From assembly GCA_016934055.1 (NCBI GenBank), contig JAFGTR010000008.1, positions 69,435 to 133,434 of the forward strand: a stretch of DNA of 64,000 nucleotides, in the 5' to 3' direction. Source of the stretch: Bacteroidales bacterium (GTDB lineage Bacteria; Bacteroidota; Bacteroidia; Bacteroidales; UBA10428). How positions within the stretch are numbered: position 1 is the stretch's first letter; every line of letters starts with the position of its first letter. Both the position numbers and the translations under genes were made by a program. Below the pieces are notes generated by a model. It did no database searches. It was not told the origin of the DNA and worked only from the letters and a program-made list of their open reading frames with translations. This document shows positions 25,036 to 35,184 of this stretch, piece after piece.

Positions 25036-25062
25036 TTGATATGAATTCTTTACATTGACGAT

Positions 25063-28000
25063 CTATAAGGGTATGAATTCAACACGGCGGTTATTGGCCC
25101 TTCCTTCGGGGGTTGCATTCGTGTCAACAGGAACAGATTCTCCAAAACCCTGTGTTTCGAGCCGTGACTCATCTATGCCGAATTTTATCAGACTTTCTTT
25201 AACTGCAGCAGCTCTTTGTCTTGACAATATCAGGTTGGAATTATCATCACCCTGGCTATCGGTGTGACCCTCAATACTAAACCTGAGTTCCGGATGTTCT
25301 TTCATAAATGAAGCTATGCGGCTTATCTCAACAAAGGACCGTTCCTTAATAACAGATTTTCCGACATCAAACAATATGTCACGGGACACAAATTTACCCT
25401 GCGCAATTATTTTTTCATAAATGGTAGCACCCTCTTCCGGCGTATTGACAATGCAACCATTTTGATCCGTTACCATCACCGTATACTGGCCCTCAGCCAA
25501 TCCTGTCACATCCTCAGAAGTTTTCCCATGACTCCACAGGTATTGGTAAGGCCCAACCCCTCCGGTCACTGTAATAAATATTGCACCACTTGTATCGCCG
25601 CAACACTTAACGTTTCTTGCCGAGTCAACTGTTAAAACAAGCTTTGGCGGCTCGTTAACCGTTGTTTTTATGGTACGGTTGCAGCCGTTTGCATCTGACA
25701 CAAGAACTGAATAATCACCAGCCACGAGTTTTTCAAGATTCTGGGTTGTTGCATTGTTACTCCACCTGAAGGTATATGGCGGTGTACCTCCATCGGCACT
25801 TATTGTAATGGTTCCGTTTTTATCGCCATAACAATCATTATGTGTAACAGCCAAAAGATCCGACACAAAAGGTGTTGGCTCCGTAATTGTTGCCTCAAGC
25901 TTTGTTTCGCAGCCATTGCCTTCTTTAATGATAACTGAATATGATCCTGCGGGAACATTAAGTAAATCCTGTGTTGTGTTGCCGTTGCTCCACTGATACG
26001 TGTATGGTGCCAAACCTCCGGATACCGAAATATGAACGGAACCGTTGCTCTCACCATTACAGGTTATATGGTTAACTGCATCAATATTACTATATAAAAC
26101 CGGAGGTTCGGTAACCGAAGCCTTTGTGGTTTTCACACATCCGTTAGCATCAGTAACTGTCAGCTCATAATTGCCGGCCGGCATATTCTGGATATCTTTT
26201 GTAACCGCGCCTGTATTCCACTTATAAGAGTATGGTTCCTTACCACCTGTTACTGAAATGGTAACACTGCCATTTTTTTCGCCGCTGCACCGGTTATTAT
26301 TGACTGCTGTATTGTCAACCAACAAAGGCAATGGCTCTTCAATTGATGCCGTAATGATACTGGCACATCCTTTTGCATCTGCCATTTTCAGTGTATAATC
26401 ACCGGCTGCGACATTCAGTAAATCCTGGGTATTCGCACCGTTGCTCCATGAGTATTTATAAGGTTCTACGCCTCCATTAACTGAAACATCTATGGCGCCT
26501 GCCATATCACCAAAACAATTAATGTGTTGTACATTGCTTATTGAAGCCATTAACTGTTCGGGTTCTTTAATAACGGCATTAAGTGTTATCTCACATCCCT
26601 GGTTATCGGTAACCTTCACACTGTAATTACCGGCAGAAACAGAGGCAAGGTTCTGTTCATTGCTTCCATTGCTCCATCCGAAACGGTATGGTAATGTTCC
26701 ACCCTGAACATCAATGCTGATTGATCCTTCCTTATCTCCAAAACAGTTGATATCGTTAACATTTACTATTCGACCTGTAAGCTGGGCGGGTTCAGTAATT
26801 TCAGTTGACAAAACACTCACACACCCGTTAGAATCAGTTATTGACACATTGTATTTGCCAACATAAAGATTTTGAATTGAGGAAGTTGAATCTCCATTAC
26901 TCCATTTATAGCTGTATGGAGGAGTCCCACCAGTCACAGAAGTGCTTATTGATCCCCTGTTCTCTCCCTTACAAGGCACATCTATGACCTCAGCGAAATT
27001 TGCGACCAAAGCAGGCGGCTCATTGACTGTTGTGCTTATGGTTTTCACACACTGATGAGCATCGACCACTTTTAATGTATAGTTGCCTGCCCTGACATTA
27101 TCAAGGTTCTGTTCCCTGGCCCCATGATTCCAATTGTACCGATAAGGTTTTGTCCCTCCGTTCACAGCAACATATACTTTCCCTTTCAGATCACCATTGC
27201 ATTGAATATGTCCTACATTCAGCACAGTGACTTCAAGCGGATCAGGTTTATCCAGCCTGATGCTGTCAGAGAGTTTGCACCCACGGGCGTCTGTAACAGT
27301 AATCTTATAATAGCCTGAAGTTAATCCTCTGAGATTTTGTGTTGAAGAACCATTGCTCCATTCAAAGGCATAAGGTGTTGTACCACCAGTAATTGTGGTT
27401 TTAATGATGCCGTTATTCAGCTCGTAACAGGTTGGATGCATAACCGAATCGATGGAAAGCGAAAAGGAAGGTGGCTGTACAAGCTTCACTTCCTGTACTT
27501 TAACAGCATCATTTGCATCGGTAACTGTAAGGACATAATCTCCTGCAGGCACATTAACCAGTTCATTTACAGTCATCCCGTTGTTCCATTTAAACCGATA
27601 CGGTTTCAAACCACCCTGCACCGAAGTCCTGACATAGCCGGTCATTTCACCATAACAATGAATATGACTTATTGAATCAATACTTATCTGAATTTCATCA
27701 GGCTGTTCAATATTTGCTTCAAGATCTTTACGGCAACCATATGCATCATATACTATAACGGAATAATTTCCGGCCACCAGATCATTAATATTCTGTGTAA
27801 CCGCACCATTGCTCCAGCTATAGGTATAAGGTGGTTTTCCTCCGTCAACCTTGATATGGATACTCCCGTCTTTGCGACCATATTCTATGATATTTTTTAT
27901 CTCTTCAGCAGTAACAGAAAGAAGTGGAGGTTCTGTGACAGAGGTTTCGAGTGTTTTCATACAATTATTGGCATCCTGTATACGCACACTGTATTTTCCG

Positions 28001-31000
28001 GCGCCAACATTACTGAGGTCCTGTTCCTTGCTGCCATTATTCCATGTGTAAATGTATGGCGTAACACCACCTTTAACAGAAATATCAATATTTCCGGTTT
28101 TCTGATCCTTACATAAGACATCCTGTACCGATACAATATCTGCAATAAGCGGATCGGGTTGAGTTACTGAAGCTGAAAGGTTTTGAGAACACCCCATAGC
28201 ATCGGTAATAACCACACTGTATTTACCTACTGTCAGATTGGAAATATCTTCGGTGACAGCACCATTACTCCATTTAAAGTTATAGGGAAGAGTACCGCCT
28301 TTTACGTCAATGCTAATCGCACCGGTGCTGTCGCCGTGACAATTGATATTTTTAACATCGGCAAATGACGCCACCAGTGGTTCAGGTTGTTTAATGTGAG
28401 CGCTGATCTCCTTACTGCAGCCCTGTATATCAACCACGCTAACTGTATAACTACCGGCAACAAGGTCTGAGAGATCCTCGGTTTCAGCACCGTTACTCCA
28501 GCTAAAGTGATATGGTTTAACGCCACCTTTAACCGATAAGTCAATTATACCGTTATTGCCGCCTGAACATTTAATATCTTCAGTTGAGACTATTGACAAC
28601 TCCAGTGGTGGTGGCTCTTTAATCACAGTTGAAAGACTCTTTTCACAACCAGTAGCACCAGTCACCTTAACCCGGTATTCTCCGGCAGGAAGGCTTGTGA
28701 TATCCTGCGTTTGAGCTCCATTCGACCAATCATAGGTATAAGGTTTAACACTCCCTTTTACAAATATGTCTATTTCCCCTTTCTCTTCGCCATTACATGG
28801 GTTATCAATTGTTGAGATAAGTTGAAGCTCAAGTTCTGTAGGCTGCTCAATTTCTGTTTCCAATGTATCAATACATCCGTTCTGATCAGTGGCAATAAGA
28901 GTATATTTTCCGGCTTTTAGATGATCAATGTCCCTTACCGTTTTCTTATTGTTCCACAGATAGGAATAAGGCGTGACACCTCCTTCAAATGCGGTGTGAA
29001 TTACAGCGTTTGAATCGCCATAGCACCGCAGATGTTTTATCTCAGTAATTCTGCCTGTAAATTCAGGTGGTTCATTAATATCAAGGTCCAGATTTGTAAT
29101 GCATGATTTTGCATCAGTAACAATTAATGTGTAATGGCCTGCTTTCACTTTTGACAGATTTTTCGTTTCAATGCCGTTACTCCACTTAAAAGAATATGGT
29201 TCAACACCGCCGTTCACTGTAACCTCAGCTGCACCTGTTGTAAAGCCATAACAATTTACATGGGTAATTTTGTCTGCTGATGCTGTCAGCATGGTGTTTT
29301 GTGTCACATTTGCCTCAAGTCCGGTTTCACAACCATTCTGGTCAGACACAGTTAACCTGTAATCACCGGCTTTGACACCAATCAAATTCTGTGTCGTCAC
29401 TCCGTTACTCCATCGGTAATTATAAGGCGGGACACCACCGCTTACCACCACATCAACAGCGCCTGTCATCTCATCATAACAATCAATATCTGTTATTTTT
29501 TCAATACTGCTGTTCAGCTTTGTAGGTTCTTTCACTGTTGCACTCAATATATTCACACAACCTTTGGCATCTGTAATTTTTACATTATAACTGCCTGCTT
29601 TAATCCCCATATTATCTTTGTCAGTCCGGCCATCGTTCCACAAATAGGCATAAGGGGCTGTACCACCGCGAACACTAAGGCTTATTGATCCTGTTGAATC
29701 ATCTTTACACTTTACATCCGTTATACTGGCAATTTCTGATTCCAGCAATGATGGCTCGCTTATATTAACATCAAGAGTCTGTTCACATCCTTTTGCGTCA
29801 ACCACTTTCAGATGATATTTTCCGGCTTTTATTTTGGTGAGGTTAGGCGTAACGGTTCCGTTGCTCCAGTTGTATTTATATGGTGAAACACCTCCTGTAA
29901 CCGAAATATTTACCAATCCCTCAGCTTCTCCAAAGCAATTTATATCAACAACTTCAGTGGTTTTAACATCGAGAACGGGATTCTCATTAATTGTAATTCT
30001 TAACGAATCAACACATTGATTTCTGTCGATTATCTGTACAAAATAATCCCCGGCAGGCACACTGGCTATATCCTGTGTTCTGGCACCATTACTCCAGTTG
30101 TATGTATAAGGGGGTGTACCGCCTGAGACATTGATATCGGCAATACCTTGCCGGTCACCAAAACAAAGATTATGACTGAGTGATTGAATTTCTGATTCCA
30201 ATTCATCAGGCTGTTCTATTGTCCCTTTTAAAGTCTTGCTCATGCCATGTGCATCTGTAATTGTGAGGCTGTAGGTGCCGGCGCTTAAATTCCTGATATC
30301 CTGAGTTGTTGCACCATTACTCCAGTTAAATTTATAAGGTGATACGCCTCCTTTGACAGAAACTTCGATATAGCCATTTTTCTCTCCGTAACATAGAATA
30401 TGTTGCAGGTTTTCAATCTCGGCTTCAAGTAAAGTTGGCTGTTCAATGTTAACACTGATAGTACTTACACATTTGTTGGCATCAGTTATTCTACAGGTGT
30501 AATTATTGGCCGGCAGATTGGCAATATCTTTTGTTTTCGATCCATTACTCCATTCGTATTTATACGGGGCAACGCCACCCTTCACATCAAGGTAAACAGC
30601 ACCGTTTGATTCACCAAAGTTCACAACATTTTTAACCTCTTTAACATCAACCTCAACTCTTTCAGGTTCAGTAATTTCCTGCATAAACCGCTTTGTACAT
30701 TTACGGGCATCCGTTAAAACCAGGTTATAGACTCCGGCAGCAAGTCCGGCCAGATCTTCTGTATATGACAAACTATCGTTCCATGCAAAAGTGTAAGGTT
30801 TTGAGCCTCCATCAACTTTAATATTGATGGCGCCGCTTTTATCACCGGCACAATATATATTTCTGATCTCTTCCAATTCAATGATAACCGGATCCGGTTC
30901 AAAAACCTTTGTTGAATAAGCTTCCATACATCCGCGGCTATCAGTCACCTGAACAGTATATGTTCCTGCAACCAGGCTGTCAAGATCTTCAGTAGTCTCT

Positions 31001-31677
31001 CCTGATGTCCACCAATACCGATACGGAGGCACTCCGCCTTTCACATTGATATCTATTTTACCTGTTCTGTCACCTGCACATTCAACATTCTGCACTTTTT
31101 CATCTGACCGGACTATCAGCGGATTTTGTTTAACCACAGCTGAAATGATTTCCTGACAGTGGTTAGCATCGGTAACCAACAGGGCATACTCACCAGCAGG
31201 AACATTCCTCAGATCCTGTGAAGTTGACTGATTACTCCAGCTGTAGGTATAAGGGAGAACACCCCCCTTAACTGTCACGTCAATGCTCCCCTTGTTATAT
31301 CCGTAACATAAAATATCGGCAACAGAATCGATCTTAACGGTTAGTTTTTCAGGTTGTTTAACTTCAATCTCCATGCTGTCAGGACAATTGTGAGCATCAA
31401 CAACCTTAACCTTGTATATCCCCGCTGAAAGTCCGGCAATATCCTGTGTGGTTGCACCATTACTCCATTGATAGGTATATGGCGGTACACCACCGGATAC
31501 CATAATATCTACAGCACCTTTCCGGTCGCCATAGCATGAAACGTGAAGTATGGAATTCACCTTAATTTCAACTATGGTGGTTTGTGTGATTTTGGTACCA
31601 ACCTGGGCATGAGCTGGTTTATAAACAAATAAAAAAATAAGGATTATAAGCAGGAATAAGAAGTAATGCTTTTTCAT
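25063..31677 (-). CDS. Giant (2204 aa) secreted protein: 27 SprB-type repeats plus a C-terminal OmpA-like peptidoglycan-binding domain
   Basis: It has a signal peptide (MKKHYFLFLLIILIFLFVYKPAHAQ) and 27 units of C.G...G.I.....GG..PY.Y.WSNG..T.D...L.AG.Y.V.VTDA.GC. The C-terminal 129 aa (FDVGKS...RFSIEGHTDSQGDDNSNLILSRQRAAAVKESL...NRRVEFIPL) match OmpA_C. Confidence 0.9.
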   Translation of the reverse strand: MKKHYFLFLLIILIFLFVYKPAHAQVGTKITQTTIVEIKVNSILHVSCYGDRKGAVDIMVSGGVPPYTYQWSNGATTQDIAGLSAGIYKVKVVDAHNCPDSMEIEVKQPEKLTVKIDSVADILCYGYNKGSIDVTVKGGVLPYTYSWSNQSTSQDLRNVPAGEYALLVTDANHCQEIISAVVKQNPLIVRSDEKVQNVECAGDRTGKIDINVKGGVPPYRYWWTSGETTEDLDSLVAGTYTVQVTDSRGCMEAYSTKVFEPDPVIIELEEIRNIYCAGDKSGAINIKVDGGSKPYTFAWNDSLSYTEDLAGLAAGVYNLVLTDARKCTKRFMQEITEPERVEVDVKEVKNVVNFGESNGAVYLDVKGGVAPYKYEWSNGSKTKDIANLPANNYTCRITDANKCVSTISVNIEQPTLLEAEIENLQHILCYGEKNGYIEVSVKGGVSPYKFNWSNGATTQDIRNLSAGTYSLTITDAHGMSKTLKGTIEQPDELESEIQSLSHNLCFGDRQGIADINVSGGTPPYTYNWSNGARTQDIASVPAGDYFVQIIDRNQCVDSLRITINENPVLDVKTTEVVDINCFGEAEGLVNISVTGGVSPYKYNWSNGTVTPNLTKIKAGKYHLKVVDAKGCEQTLDVNISEPSLLESEIASITDVKCKDDSTGSISLSVRGGTAPYAYLWNDGRTDKDNMGIKAGSYNVKITDAKGCVNILSATVKEPTKLNSSIEKITDIDCYDEMTGAVDVVVSGGVPPYNYRWSNGVTTQNLIGVKAGDYRLTVSDQNGCETGLEANVTQNTMLTASADKITHVNCYGFTTGAAEVTVNGGVEPYSFKWSNGIETKNLSKVKAGHYTLIVTDAKSCITNLDLDINEPPEFTGRITEIKHLRCYGDSNAVIHTAFEGGVTPYSYLWNNKKTVRDIDHLKAGKYTLIATDQNGCIDTLETEIEQPTELELQLISTIDNPCNGEEKGEIDIFVKGSVKPYTYDWSNGAQTQDITSLPAGEYRVKVTGATGCEKSLSTVIKEPPPLELSIVSTEDIKCSGGNNGIIDLSVKGGVKPYHFSWSNGAETEDLSDLVAGSYTVSVVDIQGCSKEISAHIKQPEPLVASFADVKNINCHGDSTGAISIDVKGGTLPYNFKWSNGAVTEDISNLTVGKYSVVITDAMGCSQNLSASVTQPDPLIADIVSVQDVLCKDQKTGNIDISVKGGVTPYIYTWNNGSKEQDLSNVGAGKYSVRIQDANNCMKTLETSVTEPPLLSVTAEEIKNIIEYGRKDGSIHIKVDGGKPPYTYSWSNGAVTQNINDLVAGNYSVIVYDAYGCRKDLEANIEQPDEIQISIDSISHIHCYGEMTGYVRTSVQGGLKPYRFKWNNGMTVNELVNVPAGDYVLTVTDANDAVKVQEVKLVQPPSFSLSIDSVMHPTCYELNNGIIKTTITGGTTPYAFEWSNGSSTQNLRGLTSGYYKITVTDARGCKLSDSIRLDKPDPLEVTVLNVGHIQCNGDLKGKVYVAVNGGTKPYRYNWNHGAREQNLDNVRAGNYTLKVVDAHQCVKTISTTVNEPPALVANFAEVIDVPCKGENRGSISTSVTGGTPPYSYKWSNGDSTSSIQNLYVGKYNVSITDSNGCVSVLSTEITEPAQLTGRIVNVNDINCFGDKEGSISIDVQGGTLPYRFGWSNGSNEQNLASVSAGNYSVKVTDNQGCEITLNAVIKEPEQLMASISNVQHINCFGDMAGAIDVSVNGGVEPYKYSWSNGANTQDLLNVAAGDYTLKMADAKGCASIITASIEEPLPLLVDNTAVNNNRCSGEKNGSVTISVTGGKEPYSYKWNTGAVTKDIQNMPAGNYELTVTDANGCVKTTKASVTEPPVLYSNIDAVNHITCNGESNGSVHISVSGGLAPYTYQWSNGNTTQDLLNVPAGSYSVIIKEGNGCETKLEATITEPTPFVSDLLAVTHNDCYGDKNGTITISADGGTPPYTFRWSNNATTQNLEKLVAGDYSVLVSDANGCNRTIKTTVNEPPKLVLTVDSARNVKCCGDTSGAIFITVTGGVGPYQYLWSHGKTSEDVTGLAEGQYTVMVTDQNGCIVNTPEEGATIYEKIIAQGKFVSRDILFDVGKSVIKERSFVEISRIASFMKEHPELRFSIEGHTDSQGDDNSNLILSRQRAAAVKESLIKFGIDESRLETQGFGESVPVDTNATPEGRANNRRVEFIPL
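25453..31548 (-). repeat. 27 tandem diverged coding repeats of about 226 bp (75-77 aa)
   Basis: I counted repeats from the W(S/N)(N/D/H)G...AG.Y...V.D..GC signature in the translation. The DNA copies are diverged, and I noticed no long identical stretches. Confidence 0.85.
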
Positions 31678-31810
31678 GATCCAATAATTTATGAACGCTT
31701 AATGATGTTTTTTGAAATGAAGTATTAATTTAAGAATTTTTTTTGAATAAGAAGCAATCTTTCAATAAGATCAAATATTTATTGACATGAAAAAAGACAC
31801 ATATAAAAAT

Positions 31811-31838
31811 AAAAAACCCCGCCATACAAGGGGCGGGG
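31811..31838 (-). terminator. Rho-independent terminator of the CoADR-fusion gene
   Basis: The stem is ccccgcc (31817..31823) paired with ggcgggg (31832..31838). The minus-strand T-run corresponds to the plus-strand aaaaaa at 31811..31816. Confidence 0.8.
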
Positions 31839-31942
31839 CATTAAGACAACTGTTGTTTTTTTACTTTTCTTTTTTTGTAAACAGAAAGTCATAATATGTT
31901 ACTTATAAGACTTAATCCAGTAAAATGAAGTTGTAAGTAACC

Positions 31943-34417
31943 CTATACAAACAGATTAAGATTGGCATATTCGGTCCGTTCAAGGTAAGTAGCCACTCCG
32001 CCAATCTGAACACCATCAATAAATTCTTCGGCTTTAACTCCCATTACATCCATTGACATCTGGCAGGCCACCAATTCAACACCGTTATCCAGGGCAGCCT
32101 GTATCATATTTTCAAGAGAATCAACATTTCTATCGTGCATCACCCTGCGCATCATTTTGCCACCCATGCCGGCCATATTCATTTTAGATAATCCGAGTTT
32201 CTTACTTGATCCCGGCATCATCAGACCAAACATTCTGCCGAAAAAGTCTTTTTTAACCGCCGGTTTCTTATGCCGTTTTATCACATTCAGGCCCCAGAAG
32301 GTAAAAAAGATTGTCACCTTTTTCCCTGAAGCAACAGCACCATTGGCAATCACAAAAACAGCAAGTGCTTTATCAAGGTCATCGCTAAAGCAGATCAAAG
32401 TGGCATTGTTGCCTCCCCTCTGAGAAACCATTCTTCCGGCATGTTCAGTTTTACGGATAATGGCTGTAATTTCAGCACCCTCCTGCTTCAACTCCACCAA
32501 TTCATTCCCGGTAACGTTAGTCCAGGCTTTTACATCCTTTAAAAAACCGGCATCTGTTGCGGTTATATGCAAAGCCTCACCAACGGCCATTTTATCCATT
32601 GACTTCCTTAATTTCAAAACAGGTCCCGGACATTGCAAACCACAGGCATCTATAACGATCAGCTTTTCAGTGTCAATAGGTTTAACGGCAGTTTTTTCAC
32701 CTGTCCCCTGATAAATATGGTCATCGTGACCAACATAATCATGGGCAAATATATCTTCGTTGCTCTGTTTCTGGCTGGCTATTTCATAAGTCTTCAATCC
32801 GCCGGATAAATTATACACATCAGAAAAACCACTTTGTGTCAATATACGACAGGCCACATGTGCTCTTAAACCGACGCCGCAAAAGACAACTATTTTTTTA
32901 TCTCGTGGAATTTCATCAAAATGAAGCCGTAATTCATCAAGTGGAATATTTATGGCTCCGTCAATGGACCCCAGTTGATATTCATCGGGTGTACGAACAT
33001 CCAGCAAAAAGTAATCATTCTCGGCACCCTCTGATATTTCTCTCCATGAAACAGGGATTGTGATCCCTTCCAGTATGTTTTCAGCAACCATTCCTGCAAT
33101 ATTCACCGGGTCTTTGGCTGAAGCATAGGGAGGAGCATAGGCATGTTCAATATCAGCCAGGTCATAAACCGTAGCGCCTTTCTGAATGGCTGAAGAAAAA
33201 AGATCAATTCGTTTGTCAACACCCTTAAAACCAACAATCTGTGCACCAAGCAGACGTCCGTCATCAGGTGAAAAGGATACCTTAACAGACATTGGAACCG
33301 CCCCCGGATAATAACCTGCATGCGATGAAGAATGTGTTATGGAGTCAATATGAGGGATATTCAGTATTCCGAGTTGTTTGCCAGAAACACCGGTAGAGCC
33401 GATTGTAATATCAAAAACCTTGGCTATGGCTGTATTAATTGAACCGTTGTATTTTTTCCGGTTGCCTTTTACGAGGTTATCAGCAACAATACGCCCTTGT
33501 TTATTAGCAGGTCCGGCAAGATAAGTGATCATTTTTGTTCCTGTAACCGGATTTGTGAATTCAATGGCATCACCCAGTGCATAAATATCATCATCAGATG
33601 TTTGCAGAAATTCATTTACTGCAATGCCCCCGGTTTTTCCGATTTGCAATCCCGCTTCCTTTGCCAGACGGCTGTCAGGTTTAACACCGATTGACAATAT
33701 CACCATATCAGTCTCGATTGTTTTCGAAGAGTCCAGTGTTACAATAATATGATCATTGGCTTTTGAGAATGACGCAACGGCATTATTTAAATAAAACTCA
33801 ACATTTTTTGTTTTCAGATGCTGATGTACCAGAGCGGCCATAGAATAATCGAGAGGTGTCATCACCTGTTCGGCCATCTCAACAATGGTCACTCTGAGAC
33901 CAAATTCATGCAGATTTTCAGCCATCTCGAGCCCTATAAAGCCAGCACCAACCACGACTGCATGACGGGGATTTTTCTCTTCGATGTAGCTTTTTATTCT
34001 GTCAGTATCCGGAACATTGCGCAATGTAAATATCCCCTCCTGGTTAATGCCGGGAAGCGGAGGTTTAACCGGTTCAGCACCGGGTGAAAGTATAAGCTTA
34101 TCGTATTTTTCAGTATATAAATTACCATTGCGCAGATCTTTTACCTCAACTTCTTTTTCTGCCCTGTTAATGGACACAACCTCAGAAAAAATTCTGATAT
34201 CAAGGTTAAAACGGGTTCCAAAGGATTCGGGAGTCTGCACAAAAAGATTATCCCTTTCGGTAATTGTACCCCCTATATAATAAGGCAACCCACAATTGGC
34301 ATAAGAAATATATTCGCCTCTTTCAAAAATGATGATTTCACTCTTTTCATCAAGACGCCTCAGCCGGGCTGCTGTTGTAGCTCCGCCAGCCACACCGCCA
34401 ACAATCAAATATTTCAT
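31943..34417 (-). CDS. Four-domain fusion: CoA-disulfide reductase/NADH oxidase-like flavoprotein + rhodanese + TusA/SirA-like + DsrE/DsrF-like
   Basis: The N-terminus has MKYLIVGGVAGGATTAARLRR and the active-site SYANCGLPYY. The rhodanese loop is VVFCGVGLRAHVA (CX5R). The TusA motif is IDACGLQCPGPVLK. The C-terminus resembles DsrE (ATLICFSDDLDKALAVFVIANGA...FFTFWG...ACQMSMDVMG). Confidence 0.85.
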   Translation of the reverse strand: MKYLIVGGVAGGATTAARLRRLDEKSEIIIFERGEYISYANCGLPYYIGGTITERDNLFVQTPESFGTRFNLDIRIFSEVVSINRAEKEVEVKDLRNGNLYTEKYDKLILSPGAEPVKPPLPGINQEGIFTLRNVPDTDRIKSYIEEKNPRHAVVVGAGFIGLEMAENLHEFGLRVTIVEMAEQVMTPLDYSMAALVHQHLKTKNVEFYLNNAVASFSKANDHIIVTLDSSKTIETDMVILSIGVKPDSRLAKEAGLQIGKTGGIAVNEFLQTSDDDIYALGDAIEFTNPVTGTKMITYLAGPANKQGRIVADNLVKGNRKKYNGSINTAIAKVFDITIGSTGVSGKQLGILNIPHIDSITHSSSHAGYYPGAVPMSVKVSFSPDDGRLLGAQIVGFKGVDKRIDLFSSAIQKGATVYDLADIEHAYAPPYASAKDPVNIAGMVAENILEGITIPVSWREISEGAENDYFLLDVRTPDEYQLGSIDGAINIPLDELRLHFDEIPRDKKIVVFCGVGLRAHVACRILTQSGFSDVYNLSGGLKTYEIASQKQSNEDIFAHDYVGHDDHIYQGTGEKTAVKPIDTEKLIVIDACGLQCPGPVLKLRKSMDKMAVGEALHITATDAGFLKDVKAWTNVTGNELVELKQEGAEITAIIRKTEHAGRMVSQRGGNNATLICFSDDLDKALAVFVIANGAVASGKKVTIFFTFWGLNVIKRHKKPAVKKDFFGRMFGLMMPGSSKKLGLSKMNMAGMGGKMMRRVMHDRNVDSLENMIQAALDNGVELVACQMSMDVMGVKAEEFIDGVQIGGVATYLERTEYANLNLFV

Positions 34418-34578
34418 TATTGTTAATTTTAAATATTGCTTCCATTAAATTAACTATTTCCGGTCAATAATGTTCAAAAAATGGAGGAGAAACATTAGTG
34501 CTTATTATTAAATGACAGAACAGCCATCTTTTCGTACATTTATATTTTTATATATCAGACCTTATATCAAATCAGAAA

Positions 34579-35154
34579 ATGGAATCATTAAAAACTGAAA
34601 TTTTACAATGTAAAAAATGCGGTTTGGCCGAAACGCGACACCATGTGATTTTTGGAGAAGGCAACACCCATGCCGGCATATTGATCATCGGGGAGGCCCC
34701 CGGACGTGACGAAGATATCCAGGGAAGGCCCTTTGTCGGTAAATCGGGTCAGTTGCTCGACAAGATACTTGCTGCATGTGGTTTCACCCGGGAAGAACAT
34801 GTCTTTATCAGCAATATCGTTAAATGCAGGCCCCCCGACAACCGTGTGCCTACACCTCTGGAGGCCGCTGCCTGCATGCCATGGTTACTGAAACAGATCG
34901 AGCTGATAAATCCGAAGATTATGATATTGCTGGGTGCAACAGCATTAAAATATATGGCAGGTCCGGATTACAGGATAACCCGCGAACGCGGAAACTGGCT
35001 TAACATACAAAACAGGCTTGCCATACCCGTATACCATCCTGCCGCCTTATTGCGCGATCCTTCTTTAAAACGCGACACGTGGGAGGATTTTAAAAAAATT
35101 GTATTCAAATACCGTGAACTGATAAACCCCGATCATTATTCAAAACATGTTTGA
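34579..35154 (+). CDS. Uracil-DNA glycosylase, family 4
   Basis: It has CKKCGL, then GEAPGRDEDIQGRPFVGKSGQLLDKIL and NIVKCRPPDNR ... HPAALLR, the family-4 UDG motifs with Fe-S cysteines. Confidence 0.88.
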   Translation: MESLKTEILQCKKCGLAETRHHVIFGEGNTHAGILIIGEAPGRDEDIQGRPFVGKSGQLLDKILAACGFTREEHVFISNIVKCRPPDNRVPTPLEAAACMPWLLKQIELINPKIMILLGATALKYMAGPDYRITRERGNWLNIQNRLAIPVYHPAALLRDPSLKRDTWEDFKKIVFKYRELINPDHYSKHV

Positions 35155-35184
35155 AAAACAGGTGATTCCCGGCTTTTTGTTTTA

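Noticed and set aside
24448-25062. I looked for a cobalamin riboswitch upstream of the TonB receptor/cobO unit.
   Set aside because: I looked for B12-box-like sequence on the minus strand and saw none. The available non-coding segments (93 bp, and about 70 bp after the terminator) are too short for the aptamer. An Rfam scan is still needed to be sure.
25800-30902. There are many 60-90 aa ORFs on both strands inside the giant SprB-repeat gene (for example 25800..26057, 27124..27318, 28302..28544, 30714..30902).
   Set aside because: They lie entirely within a 6.6-kb ORF with a clear repeat/domain structure. They have no motifs and arise from the repetitive, stop-poor sequence.
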